Source: a virus
Length of the DNA: 64,000 bases
IMG/VR virus record: IMGVR_UViG_3300021963_005763
Coordinates: 1-64,000 of that record
Reading direction: 5' to 3' (one strand)
The position numbers were made by a program, and so were the translations under genes. The notes below the pieces were generated by a model. That model did no database searches. It was not told the DNA's origin and worked only from the letters and a program-made list of their open reading frames with translations. Below, piece after piece: positions 32,101 through 39,230 of the stretch. Within the stretch, counting starts at the first letter, position 1, and every line of letters starts with the position of its first letter.

Positions 32101-32846
32101 CTGTTTATTGTTACATATTCTGGTACAATGGCTAATTTTTTGTCTGAGTCAAAGGGAAAACTATCAAATCCAGAATTATCAAAAACTTCATTATAAGTAG
32201 TGGCTAAATCACCATTGGGCTGTAATAGATTATAATCTAAGAATTGTATGTAATCTCCAACACCTTCTACAATATATTCTGTACCAGATGAAATAGTAAG
32301 TGTACCTGTTGAGTATGTAGCAGTAAATACTACCTTCATGCCGTTGCTAAGTTTAACTGAATTATTAATATTATAACTAGATTGACCGAATGCCAATAGA
32401 GGATTAATGTTTAATAAAATTGGATCTGGGCCAGAAGGTAACCAATGATATTGATCGTAGTTGACTAACTTATCCCAATCAATTCTAGGATTGTAAGAAT
32501 AATGTTCAAATTTTAGAGTGCTTGCTAAATTATCTGTTAAACCACCTGCATTCTTTATTTCATTTATTAAATCTTCATAATTAACTAAATCAGTAGGTTG
32601 TCCTAATTTATCTCTGAATACCAAACCAGGTATAAGTTGTTGTCTAGCTCTTACAGGGGTAGATTCACTTATGTAAGTATCTGTAACAGGATTAAAATTC
32701 GCAACTTCAGAGGTACCTACAAATCCTTCTATTCTTTCTAATTCAGGAGTTTGTATAAATTGGTCAAGTGTACTCGATAAAAATCTAGCATTTTTATCTG
32801 TCTGTAGATAACTCGGTAAAAGATTGACTGATTTTTTCTCTGCCAT
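20133..32846 (-). CDS. Giant multidomain baseplate wedge protein (gp7-like position, 4237 aa)
   Basis: Single 12.7-kb ORF directly after the gp6-like gene; FG-GAP-like propeller, G.GY..AP.VT repeats, Calx-beta/Ig-like C-terminal domains. Confidence 0.75.
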   Translation of the reverse strand: MAEKKSVNLLPSYLQTDKNARFLSSTLDQFIQTPELERIEGFVGTSEVANFNPVTDTYISESTPVRARQQLIPGLVFRDKLGQPTDLVNYEDLINEIKNAGGLTDNLASTLKFEHYSYNPRIDWDKLVNYDQYHWLPSGPDPILLNINPLLAFGQSSYNINNSVKLSNGMKVVFTATYSTGTLTISSGTEYIVEGVGDYIQFLDYNLLQPNGDLATTYNEVFDNSGFDSFPFDSDKKLAIVPEYVTINRLSGDLNPWSRYNRWFHVDVIKTTANLNGTDVDISNASRAQRPIIEFYAYLPLYNFGRFGIKNVDLLDDVTEFPLIEIPGNVGYYVDGILLEEGYRIIFNNAKDLYARNKIYQTVFDTTTNQITLVEASDSGVVDQASVSINYGNVYAGKSFHYKDSSKQWKLSQQHTVRNEAPLFDLYDKNGVSFSDESLDNNFEGSKIFGYSIGQGAIDPILGFPVEKSATSVGIGGYLFKNYVASDYFTSIENGVTKNNFISNGYYKVWDLVNPDLYKLLNTYNFGFSYYPPVVENFLVTATSTSSLISKAFSLPYIPYGTVDAKINGMKASVTATFVGSNIVLQFNESINQNSQVIVKWNTTSTPVSNYYYDIPLNLLNNPLNDIFDTLTLSQLSDHFDSMLEKDNLWSTISIDPIRDSIAYAKKGTVLIQNQDPIALPMIFLGNKNHSLIDSIRFVANQYSQWRFTFLKLISEYPNQNDPIEIVDAVLTQINQAKGLESNFYRSDMVPYGTAKTIRKVTVNSAYFTSYPINIEFDLESLSHQAVLVYKNSQQLIFGKDYIFNKLEGSVEFLIGLSIDDSLEFHIYTDTLGSYVPPTPTKLGMYAKFVPEIFEDDRYITTPQTMIQCHDGSLIKAFNDYRDDVILELEKRIYNNIKVKYNTIYPGEAIYNLPGAFHYTEHTLSQYNNLLEKEFASWTNSFNVDWNTNNIYNSSNYRTYNYINSVNTLTNKVLSGSWRSIFKYFYDTDRPHTHPWEMLGYTVEPTWWNDLYGSAPYSSTNVLLWSDLEEGYRRGELSSDYSLTRYRRPGLSSIIPVDSNGNLRNPLDFLVSHSTVNDYQADWQFGDFGPAEVTWRNSTFYPFAVNIVNALLYPNIYCSRFLDTSRMIRNHADRLVYKDDMQHVDPRKIKIDGYNNEITAGFINLVLERGLGKNSNYTEHLAQDLKYLTFNLVHRLGGFTSKEKLQVKINAVDPESASPGLLLPPEDYELFLNSSNPISSISISGVIVQKTSDRFIIRGYDRQAPYFTILKAIHTNNDTVLKVGGKDEDYVLWQPNLDSSTLSNIEIGSSNKFYKQGQIVLYSNQFYRVKVSHAAQATFNPTFFARLPELPTKGGLRIAIPKKFESVESRVNYNSEFRSIQEVYDVILGYGEYLKTKGFVFDYFNPDLNEVIDWNFSGKELAFWGVHNWADGNLITLSPFADYLKVDNTTAIVDNLFADNYEYSLQKSDGQLFPRDGFDISRLDGSCVIKTKNTEEGIFFAKINLIQKEHELVLNNTTVFNDTIYDAATGYRQKRIKLSGFRTKGWNGDIRSPGFIYDQIKITNWLPYKEYYPSQIVIFNSLYYSANQRILYDVTFDFTKWTLLDGKPVSQLLPNFDYKAQQFEDFYSLDIDNFDVKQQDLAQHLIGYTPRLYLSKLITNAKAEYKYYQGYIRDKGTKKAIDNIAKAGENRDYSSIEIKEEWAFRVGSYGSESSFKEIEFPLLEGSYLENPYLVTLTDQLTENTSGIVHYTSSTDLLIAPTNYSITSTFVTVNGTFDDNNIKLTTAGYVRLDDVTTTAYSKNSLLDIANNSLIQDGTTIWLGFLENGDWSVYRYSNQRAKIKGVYVNSPGIDITFVTDINHGLIAGDIISVVRFNYQVDGVYIVKTINKSNQFTVDSTLAGIVNEPLVHYGSLFKFEPVRFSDYAAFSKSTDLFRYGYGSKIWVDKNQDQKWTVLEKIKNFNSATEFTTAQSPARQSFGFSLKFAGDTLLVSSPTYHSVNSYNFGKVAVYRKLSNERLTANFDYVLNSNGQIFCQTNTTTDFGYSLAYDVEKNLYITGAPSATNVRATTSTSYLVAITSSTNVSRGYIREGVVKVSTKNSNRTAEVTKFAFTRPFATTGFQTAATTATHQNSRFGHSLYINKVGLNSATTLLVGAPGNDSYLGTGTVFAYSISGTGTSITNFGTDTVANVIITTAPVSTGSISITFSNPNQPGGTTATAVLVKTGNTGTSIIITNRGTGYTSAPTVTFTGTSMTTVGAATAYVGFIELITTATVSLNAGSKWGWAIAGSDAGSTIAISAPSYFNFGQEGIVQIFNSGLYWKQTLDSPFGYNDEFGQSLAVSKSGKYIFVGSSKPLSSYNTYGKVAVYAEQSSGRYELSQILENPIQNSDLLFGESIDISPDEDTLVITALGTNKSEYVKFYENKIDLLGETTFDNNETKFINSVQDSGAAYTYTKLDGYFVQADELLPDNVYANGRYGKSVAVTDSSIFVGAPSNSASSSSNDISRFYQFKVSNTLSQTWNVLRLQEPTVDIDTMRRICLIDTKNEILLDYLDVFDPLKGRIPGIAEQELKYKTSADPAIYSLGIANTINDSKNSWIEDHVGELWWDLSTAKYIWYEQGNEIFRKNNWGKLFPGASIDIYEWVKSDLLPSEWAVAADTPGGLSRGISGQPKYPDNSVVSVKQILNTVTGSFENVYFYWVKNKVTAPNVKSRKITAYEVSRVIADPLGYGLKYANILSTNSLAFGNIQGNLIAKNISANITFDSVKSSIPRHTEWVIMTEGDSASMPVSLLDKKFVDSLIGRDSIGNPVPDMSLSFRQKYGLGIRPQQTIFKDRFQALRNCLGYANDILANNIIVGNRNLAKLNSFEPIPAEDSGDYDLLVDEFDQLVDVSTETFLRAQLSCSVYNGKIIRVDVINQGYGYGYAPKVTIANNLSGAEIKTEIDSQGKVISAMITNSGSNFVSNPVLTVREHVAVVAVDSNSNDRWSFYKFDYALRIWIKSRTQLYNTTLYWNYVDYRASDYDTYKGFRYTINDVFQLDTLVDTDIGDYIKILNSGNGNFIVLEKSLNGDFSQDYKIVYLQNGTIQFNDNLWNISTSDYAYDKLSIDETLFDQLPDRELANIIIALKEDIFVDDFKVYWNLMFFKGVKYALTEQKLLDWAFKTSFITVKNSISYLNTSSSYTLDSSKYIEDYIKEIKPYRTKVRNFVSAYEYLENARMHTTDFDLPSYYNSTLGTFTTTQKVVTDSTNSSILLTYPWKDWTDNYSYGVKEIIIANGGSGYTSAPSVTINSYSNPSIPALAQAYIRNGKVYKIVVTREGLGYDRLTYVTFSGGNGSGATASVILTNTTTRKNVIGLKFDRYSRTGEVGATTVSYTTTTNGLNFDYELPYQADTNKFNIVATLDRKLVLSSDYDIISFSKDENGYNKDHSKFIFKNYLPAAGKVLKINYTKNINLYNAIDRVDNYYTPSSTMPGDYLPILMTGLEFPGRQLTGLAFDYTTPILSTGTVYDNGGGWNDFTSYYSRARVVSTASSSSIVLFLNTTTGIVPGQTLNFLNTPYRKVRTDTVVVSVNAANNSIQISTATYLIKFASSTSTLAGSAITFETMTPFNGALRAGDVIEITGIAATGFDGIKSISTITSSKTFIALSTGTLQVLTTAGSTTSRLRTYSLLETIEPQNRLIGNYNTYVGNCIFSDYYLSSSAPSMMEGYTATWTISGNDVDFGQGRTYWYYITGTNIVAADFVGGLTGVITTNATSLPITFLTSSTINAVNTLTNGGLNTETYYVNVVSWITTASSTSTKIIANKSMKLRNRPLGMSTWSLTARNVDGAVVTSAKEGEVVKFTVAGSNLDFASDGIRARVTGSGINITSGDITANTLVSDWITFYSEDDLPISFDVQFTEDFLTEGTEIMSFGLDISTVTNVNSYSTTITTTVTSISILDTSLTQPSTYQLTSLTPSVYEGSTATFRLTTTYVNAGTVIPFVITGTVAVSDLNTTTYTGTFVMVDGGTVNPGGQYADISFNVSSDAATTGLESTEVVWITLPGKTVNSATIYILDQLNQVYGNVPVYGYTVNGNTAYSNIRINNTGTFDFYIYDQAEALSNKPTSQTWAVNTSLSTYYVRGIVEPVNEWQGTVEFTGPGFANTLTYADFASGAITGNWVTVNTAETSAVFGNLGWYARALADTASAFGRFNLTIQIAKTSGGAVVSQGVFDCYVYSDIAPTSGGSTGGGNLPLGGDFRELL

Positions 32847-32847
32847 T

Positions 32848-35800
32848 TTATGTAGATGTTACTATGTTTGATGATGCCTTTAGTTGACTAGGCGTTATTC
32901 CGTTGATAATTTCAATATTATTAACTGTGGTTCCATTTATAAAAATTTCATCTGGCTGGCAGGCTATCTCGTACAAACTTCCAAATCCATTATCTACCAT
33001 AGGTACAATAATAAAATTAGAAATGTCTGGGGTCATCTCATTCATTACATAAGTAGCCAATTCACTAAAATAAAATGTTTGACCGAACTCCCAATTTTCT
33101 AAGGCAAAAAACTCATTTATTGCTGTTAAAATTCTTGCCTTTAAATTGTTATCATTGGTGTTTCTATTTGATGCTCTTACAGCCTTAAATTTAGCCTGTA
33201 AATTTAGCACGGCCTTGTCACCAAACAAAATCTTGTACTTAACCGGATGGTATATAATTTCGTCACTGATAGCTTTAATAGGTTCTAGATATTCACTATA
33301 ATTTTGTTCTAAACTTTGACTAGTTGGCGCACTAGGTTCTGTTGTATATATACCTTGAATATAACTTTTGTATTCAGCATTATAAGAAGCTGTAAGCACA
33401 TAGAGATCAATTATATTAGTCTTACTAGGATCAATTCTGCGTTGATTACCACTATTATGTGTATATTGAAATTTAAGATCTGATCTACCATTTCTTCCTT
33501 TGTATTGATCAGTAAACACTACAGATCCGTATTGTGATGACCAATACTTTACAACCTGTGTATCTTTGAAATAAAATAGCTGTCCATTAATCTTGTAGCT
33601 GTCTAATATAGCCTGTTCATTGTTTAATACAATAATATCTTCTCTTGTCAATGAATAAGAAGAATCAGTTGTGTTCTTTTTGAAGAAAACATAATTATTT
33701 CCAACAATATCAATAAAAGTGTTAGGGTCTATAACTTTAGAACTATCGCTGCTATTGTAAAAACTTACCACAACTTTATTAGGCTGAACATAACCGTCTT
33801 TTTCAACTATACCTTCATCTATCTGCCATAACCTATCAAAGCCCATAGGACTTGTTCTATTCACTATACCAAATAAATTTTGATATGGTGAAAATATACC
33901 CAACCCAATACTTATGGCATATTGTATATCTTGTTCTGGTACCCCTATTGTTCTTAGATCGTCGGCAGTAATTCCTTTCTGATTATAATATTCAACCTTT
34001 TGATCTGCTGAATAGTTTTTCCAACCATTAGGCAATACCAAAAACAAACTATCATTTGCATAATTTTCAGCATCAGGAACATAGTTAACAGACAACACAT
34101 TAATAGTATCAAGTATTATTTGGTTGGTTTGATAATCATAATTCTTAACTGTCTTGTCTATATAAAAAGCAGTTTCTAATTCACTTTCAAAAATATAATT
34201 TAATTTGCGATATCTAACCTTGTAAATACTTCCTGTCCATACAAATGCTATTAACCAACTTGCATCTAGTCCCTGGTCTAATGTATTTTCCTGATAGGCT
34301 AGACTAAAATCATTTATTAGATCAACATTAGAATTTAATATTATATCCCAATTTCGTGTTTCTTTATTAATTGTTAAACCAAAATTTCTAAAATTTCTAC
34401 ATTGATTCGTTACTTCATTTTCAATACTAAATCCCAGCAAAGGTTGATATGTAGGAATAACTTCTAAAGGAATTGCACCATCGGGAACATATGAGCCAAA
34501 AATCAACGGTCCTGTTCCATCATCTAATAATGTAGCCCCATCATTAATTATTTGCGAAACTGAAGTCCACATAGAAGTTTTACCTCCTAATGGAATAGAA
34601 TAATTTACGATAGTTTTAAGATTATTATTAGCATCAAAATATTTGCCCCTAGGTGAAGCAAATTTTACTAAACTATTAACATTAACAAATCTTAATTCAT
34701 TGTCTGTATTTGAAGATCCTACAGCGTAACTTCCATTATCATTGTAAAGATATCCTCTAACCTGCCCTGGGGTAGAATTTATCAACTTAAATTTAAGCCC
34801 TAGTCCTATAAGAGATATTCTATCCCAGTTTTCATAATAAAATGATCTCATACCTGCGCTAGCAACTATATTTGCAAGGTTATTTTTAACTATAGCTAAA
34901 ACATTTGCCACACTGGTAAATTCAAATTCAAATAATTCTTCCAATTGTTCTTTGTATAAAATACCGTCATTGGCAAATATGTTAGTTTTTCCATAATTTC
35001 CAGATACATCACTAAGATCAAAATACTTGCTTATACCACTGGATATTCTATTAACACTCTTTATTTTAAGTATATCACTGCCTGCATTGAGAGGTGCTAT
35101 GTTGTAGTCCTCCGCAGTAATCATTCTATTTTGGGTATAATAAGTTTGTGGAGCCTTTTGTTGAATAGTAGCGTTTGATTCGGTGCCCACGCTGTTACTT
35201 ACTGTATATTGTAAACTTAGTGTTATTTGTAGTGAATGATTTTGACCTAAATTATTAACATACGGAACATTTATTATAATTCCACTTAACTGTTCTGGTT
35301 TTATTGTATAGGTCAATCCATTACTTTGTCTGTAAAATAATCTAAAATCACCTTTCGGAAGATCACCAAACACACCATCAGCAAAATTTAAGTCAACCTG
35401 ATCATCAACTCGACTCGACACAGCATATAATGTTCTAATATTTTTACTTACACTATTATAGACAACGTTATTACCAACGGTGCTAGGAACCTGCGTCCAA
35501 AGAGTATCAAAATTTCCTTGTAAATTAAGTTGCCATAGCCAAACATCAGTATTATTGATATTAGGTACATTTACACCTATAATTTCATTTGATACAGGAT
35601 TTGAAATATTAAAAGATGTTGTCCCTAGTGTTCCCTGCCTAAAATGAAAGAAAAAACCATTATTGATACTAGCAGATCCTTGATTATCATTTCTATATAT
35701 AAAGGATAATAGGTTTGCAGGTTTAGGTGCTGATTCGTAAATGTAATCTTTACCTTCAAATGTACACGGAACAACTTCAAAAGTCATATTTGTGCCATTT

Positions 35801-36405
35801 ACAGATTTGTTAAAATTGTAAATAGGGACATCTATATTGGTGCTGTTTATATTATACTGTTCAGTTGAGATGCCATCTATGGTTTTTTTGGCAGTTGATT
35901 TGCCAAAAGAAGTTGTCATAGCACTATTAAGTATCGTGAGAAATTGTTGATACCAATTTGAATTAGTAGGATCATTCCAGGTTATGGTTGTATCAGCTAG
36001 ATTGATCCCATTTGAATCGTATACACTATCTGAAGTATTAACTGCCGTAACTTTTAAAAGACCATGAGCGGGTGTATTCCTAGAAGGATTATATCCTACT
36101 AATTGTGCCAACCGTAAAATACTATCACGTCTTTGTGCAGTTTCTAGAAAATTTTCTCTAGCATTTAGATCAATTCTAAAACTTAAGTTTTGGCCTAAGA
36201 ATGCTATAAGATCTACCAAGGCTATATATTCACTAGATTCAATAAAATCATTAAAGTCTTCAGGGTAATTTTCCTGAAGATATGAAATCATTGTACGTTT
36301 TAATGTTTCAAAATCATAACTTTTGAAATCAGCATTACGAAAGGATTGATATATCTTTGTCCAATCTTCACTGGCTAGTAATTTTGTATTGGTAGCAGGT
36401 ATCAT
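32848..36405 (-). CDS. gp6: Baseplate wedge subunit, gp6-like
   Basis: SYDFETLK..YLQENYPEDFNDF, ENFLETAQRRDSILRLA..GY, FADGVFGDLP, QNRMITAEDY. Start moved to ATG 36405; TAAATA box at ~36429-36434. Confidence 0.85.
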   Translation of the reverse strand: MIPATNTKLLASEDWTKIYQSFRNADFKSYDFETLKRTMISYLQENYPEDFNDFIESSEYIALVDLIAFLGQNLSFRIDLNARENFLETAQRRDSILRLAQLVGYNPSRNTPAHGLLKVTAVNTSDSVYDSNGINLADTTITWNDPTNSNWYQQFLTILNSAMTTSFGKSTAKKTIDGISTEQYNINSTNIDVPIYNFNKSVNGTNMTFEVVPCTFEGKDYIYESAPKPANLLSFIYRNDNQGSASINNGFFFHFRQGTLGTTSFNISNPVSNEIIGVNVPNINNTDVWLWQLNLQGNFDTLWTQVPSTVGNNVVYNSVSKNIRTLYAVSSRVDDQVDLNFADGVFGDLPKGDFRLFYRQSNGLTYTIKPEQLSGIIINVPYVNNLGQNHSLQITLSLQYTVSNSVGTESNATIQQKAPQTYYTQNRMITAEDYNIAPLNAGSDILKIKSVNRISSGISKYFDLSDVSGNYGKTNIFANDGILYKEQLEELFEFEFTSVANVLAIVKNNLANIVASAGMRSFYYENWDRISLIGLGLKFKLINSTPGQVRGYLYNDNGSYAVGSSNTDNELRFVNVNSLVKFASPRGKYFDANNNLKTIVNYSIPLGGKTSMWTSVSQIINDGATLLDDGTGPLIFGSYVPDGAIPLEVIPTYQPLLGFSIENEVTNQCRNFRNFGLTINKETRNWDIILNSNVDLINDFSLAYQENTLDQGLDASWLIAFVWTGSIYKVRYRKLNYIFESELETAFYIDKTVKNYDYQTNQIILDTINVLSVNYVPDAENYANDSLFLVLPNGWKNYSADQKVEYYNQKGITADDLRTIGVPEQDIQYAISIGLGIFSPYQNLFGIVNRTSPMGFDRLWQIDEGIVEKDGYVQPNKVVVSFYNSSDSSKVIDPNTFIDIVGNNYVFFKKNTTDSSYSLTREDIIVLNNEQAILDSYKINGQLFYFKDTQVVKYWSSQYGSVVFTDQYKGRNGRSDLKFQYTHNSGNQRRIDPSKTNIIDLYVLTASYNAEYKSYIQGIYTTEPSAPTSQSLEQNYSEYLEPIKAISDEIIYHPVKYKILFGDKAVLNLQAKFKAVRASNRNTNDNNLKARILTAINEFFALENWEFGQTFYFSELATYVMNEMTPDISNFIIVPMVDNGFGSLYEIACQPDEIFINGTTVNNIEIINGITPSQLKASSNIVTST

Positions 36406-36456
36406 TATTATATTATGGATTGATCCTATATTTATCAATAATATTATCAGCTAATA

Positions 36457-36891
36457 TTATTGAACTCTAAGACCTATCTGTTGGTCAAAAGCCAACCTAA
36501 GTGTGCTTGTTTCGTCTGTATCTTTTAATAATAAAGTTATTTCTATAAGAAATCCCTGTTCATATTCATTGACTTTTATGTTTAATGGAGCCACTCTTGG
36601 ATCAAAACTACAAACTGCCTTTATATCTTCTGTAATTAAATTCTTAATTTCATAGGTTAATGGCTCCATAATAAGGTCCCAAATGGCAGTCCCAAATGTG
36701 GGATTCATTAACCTTTCACCCCGTTTTGTATTAAAATGATTGATAATATCTTGTTTAATAAGATCAAAATCAAATAATTTATTAGATCCCATAGGATCAA
36801 CACTACTGTATCCTTTATATAAGTGATACCTAGTTTGTCGTTGTGTTTCAGTGTAGCTAACAGGATTTAATTCTATGTTCTTATAGGGCAT
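36457..36891 (-). CDS. gp25: Baseplate wedge subunit, gp25-like
   Basis: DLIKQDIINHFNTKRGERLMNPTFGTAIWDLIMEP..FDPRV. Confidence 0.9.
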   Translation of the reverse strand: MPYKNIELNPVSYTETQRQTRYHLYKGYSSVDPMGSNKLFDFDLIKQDIINHFNTKRGERLMNPTFGTAIWDLIMEPLTYEIKNLITEDIKAVCSFDPRVAPLNIKVNEYEQGFLIEITLLLKDTDETSTLRLAFDQQIGLRVQ

Positions 36892-36899
36892 GATAATAT

Positions 36900-39227
36900 T
36901 TATTGACTACCTCCGCCTGTTCTAATTGGATTTCCACTACTGTCAACTACTACACCGCTTTGTCCAGATGATAGAATTCCCCCGCTTAGTTGAGCATAAA
37001 AACATTCGTAGAATCCTTTCTTCTTGGCCTTAATATCGGGTGTATTGAATCCCACTGCCTTACAGGCTGCTTCAAAGTATCCTGCGCTATTTTGATCTGC
37101 CCTACATCTGTCTAAAAGATACTTAACACTGACTTCTGCAGCAATAGTAGGGTCATTGAGCAGTTTAGGATTATTAATTAGATCTTGCCCAACCATACCG
37201 CCGTACTTAGCATAGTTTGACCTTCCAGTTAATTGGATATATCCTCTACCAATAAATTTTGCCCCATCGCCTGATTGAGTATTGCCTAAACCCCTGCCTT
37301 TAGCAGTATCAGATCCATATAGGAACTCCGGTAGGCTATTATTAGGATTACCTGCGTATCTCTGTGCTAAAGTCTGGTCACCTTTGAACACACTAGGAAA
37401 TACCTGTAATAATCTAGCAGAACTATAGTTGAAATTTTCTTCTACTAATTTCCATCCACATTCACCACCGGCTATACCTAAAAGCGCAGCAACAGCATAC
37501 GGGCTTGTGAGTCCATATTTCTTACAGGCTGCTTTGAGAGCAGCGATACCTGCTTGAGCAGCCGGAGAATTAATTTGTTTAGCATATTCTGGGCTACAGG
37601 TACCTGGAGGTATCTGTGATTCATTCGCTGATTTTTGTCCTTCCCCTGCGGCTCCCCCTGCAGGAGTGTTAGTATTCGGTGGTACTCCGCTACTAGATCT
37701 ATCTGTTAAACTTACATCAGTAGCAGCTGGACTAAATTTTTCAGGATTAATATTTTCATGTTGATCCCATGGCTCGTGAGTAGGTACACGCTGCATGATA
37801 CTGACTATAGAATTAGGATCCTTATAGAATTTTCTATCTTCCCAACCAATCTCTTTTCTTCTATTAGGCAGGTTATAAAGAGGTAAATCAGGAGGCACAT
37901 CAGCTTTTGAAGCCATAGTCGGTGCCGCAGCAGATGGTCCATTAAGATCAATTCTGCTGCCACTGAGTAGTATTTCTCCGTTGGCTCCGAGGTTGATTCC
38001 TGCGCCACTACCTATGCTAACATGACTTTCTCCGGAAAGATCTATTCCATCATTACCTGAAGCTATAAAACTCTTATTTGATAAAAATTCTATAGAACCT
38101 TCCGCCGAAAATTTTACTGCGTCACTGACATTAAAATCTAACTGTTTTCTTATAGCAATTTTACTATGATCATCCACAGTAAGATAAAGATATCCAGAAA
38201 TATTTGCCTCCATATTGCCCACCGAACGCATATTAATATTTCTTCCTGCTTCTATATTAATATCTCTATCTGCTCTAAAATTGAAATCATTTTCGCTATG
38301 AATACTAACAGAATCTTTTGTATAGATATCTAACTTTCCATGACTGGTCATTTCTATCCAGGCAGTACCCTTGCTATTACCTATGTATATTAGATCACTG
38401 CTATTATGTAGAAGAATTTGATGACCTGTTCTCGTTCTAATTCTTACTAATTCATTCAATCCTGTTTTATCGCCATCATCCATGACAAAACTACTACCGC
38501 CTAATCTACTAACAAATGCTTCTACACCTTCCCTCTTTATAGACTTGTATCCTATCTTGGCCTTTTTAGCACCAGCACTAGTATCAATAGGACCAGGAGT
38601 ACTAATACCAAACACAGAACTAGGTACTTCTCGTCTAGCTCCACTGCTGGTAATTCCTCTAATATTATCTGCTAATAGTCCCTGATCTAACAGTCTATCT
38701 GCGAAAGGATGGACAGGTTTAGGTTTACCATCTGTACTTGTACCTTCTTTAAGACTGCTTTTATGTCTTTCTGCTACAGGTAATACATTGACCTGATACC
38801 TTCTAGCCTGTTCTGCTGTCATTAATACTTCATCGCTAGCAGCTATCCCAGGTACCATATGATTTTGAAAGGGCGACTGAACACAACCAAACCAATAACA
38901 TTGGTTAGGGTCTCCACCTATAAAAATGACCATTACAGTGGCACCTACGTCAGGAGGTACCATCCAAAATCCGTAACTTTTTTGTACATCATTAAAATCA
39001 GATGGATTGTTTCCTTCAAATCTTTCAGATGTAAATCCCATAAAAGGACTACAATAATTAGCTACATAAGTTTCACTTTGAAATTCTATATCACTAGGAA
39101 TGGTTTTTATTAAGGCTATTTCTAGCCTACCCATATACATAGGATCTAAATGATTAGTAACTTCAGCCAAGAATGGACCTGGCGATGGTGGTGGACTTCG
39201 TCTTCTCGATTCAAAATTAGCAGTCAT
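36900..39227 (-). CDS. gp5: Baseplate hub / cell-puncturing device (gp5/VgrG-like) with C-terminal GH19-type lysozyme
   Basis: OB-fold (DPMYMGRL..PPDVGATVMVIFIGGD), RIRTRTGHQILL, beta-helix repeats, RVPTHEPWDQHE, then E..GW..VEEN..GDGAKFIGRGYIQLTGRSNY. Confidence 0.85.
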   Translation of the reverse strand: MTANFESRRRSPPPSPGPFLAEVTNHLDPMYMGRLEIALIKTIPSDIEFQSETYVANYCSPFMGFTSERFEGNNPSDFNDVQKSYGFWMVPPDVGATVMVIFIGGDPNQCYWFGCVQSPFQNHMVPGIAASDEVLMTAEQARRYQVNVLPVAERHKSSLKEGTSTDGKPKPVHPFADRLLDQGLLADNIRGITSSGARREVPSSVFGISTPGPIDTSAGAKKAKIGYKSIKREGVEAFVSRLGGSSFVMDDGDKTGLNELVRIRTRTGHQILLHNSSDLIYIGNSKGTAWIEMTSHGKLDIYTKDSVSIHSENDFNFRADRDINIEAGRNINMRSVGNMEANISGYLYLTVDDHSKIAIRKQLDFNVSDAVKFSAEGSIEFLSNKSFIASGNDGIDLSGESHVSIGSGAGINLGANGEILLSGSRIDLNGPSAAAPTMASKADVPPDLPLYNLPNRRKEIGWEDRKFYKDPNSIVSIMQRVPTHEPWDQHENINPEKFSPAATDVSLTDRSSSGVPPNTNTPAGGAAGEGQKSANESQIPPGTCSPEYAKQINSPAAQAGIAALKAACKKYGLTSPYAVAALLGIAGGECGWKLVEENFNYSSARLLQVFPSVFKGDQTLAQRYAGNPNNSLPEFLYGSDTAKGRGLGNTQSGDGAKFIGRGYIQLTGRSNYAKYGGMVGQDLINNPKLLNDPTIAAEVSVKYLLDRCRADQNSAGYFEAACKAVGFNTPDIKAKKKGFYECFYAQLSGGILSSGQSGVVVDSSGNPIRTGGGSQ

Positions 39228-39230
39228 TGG

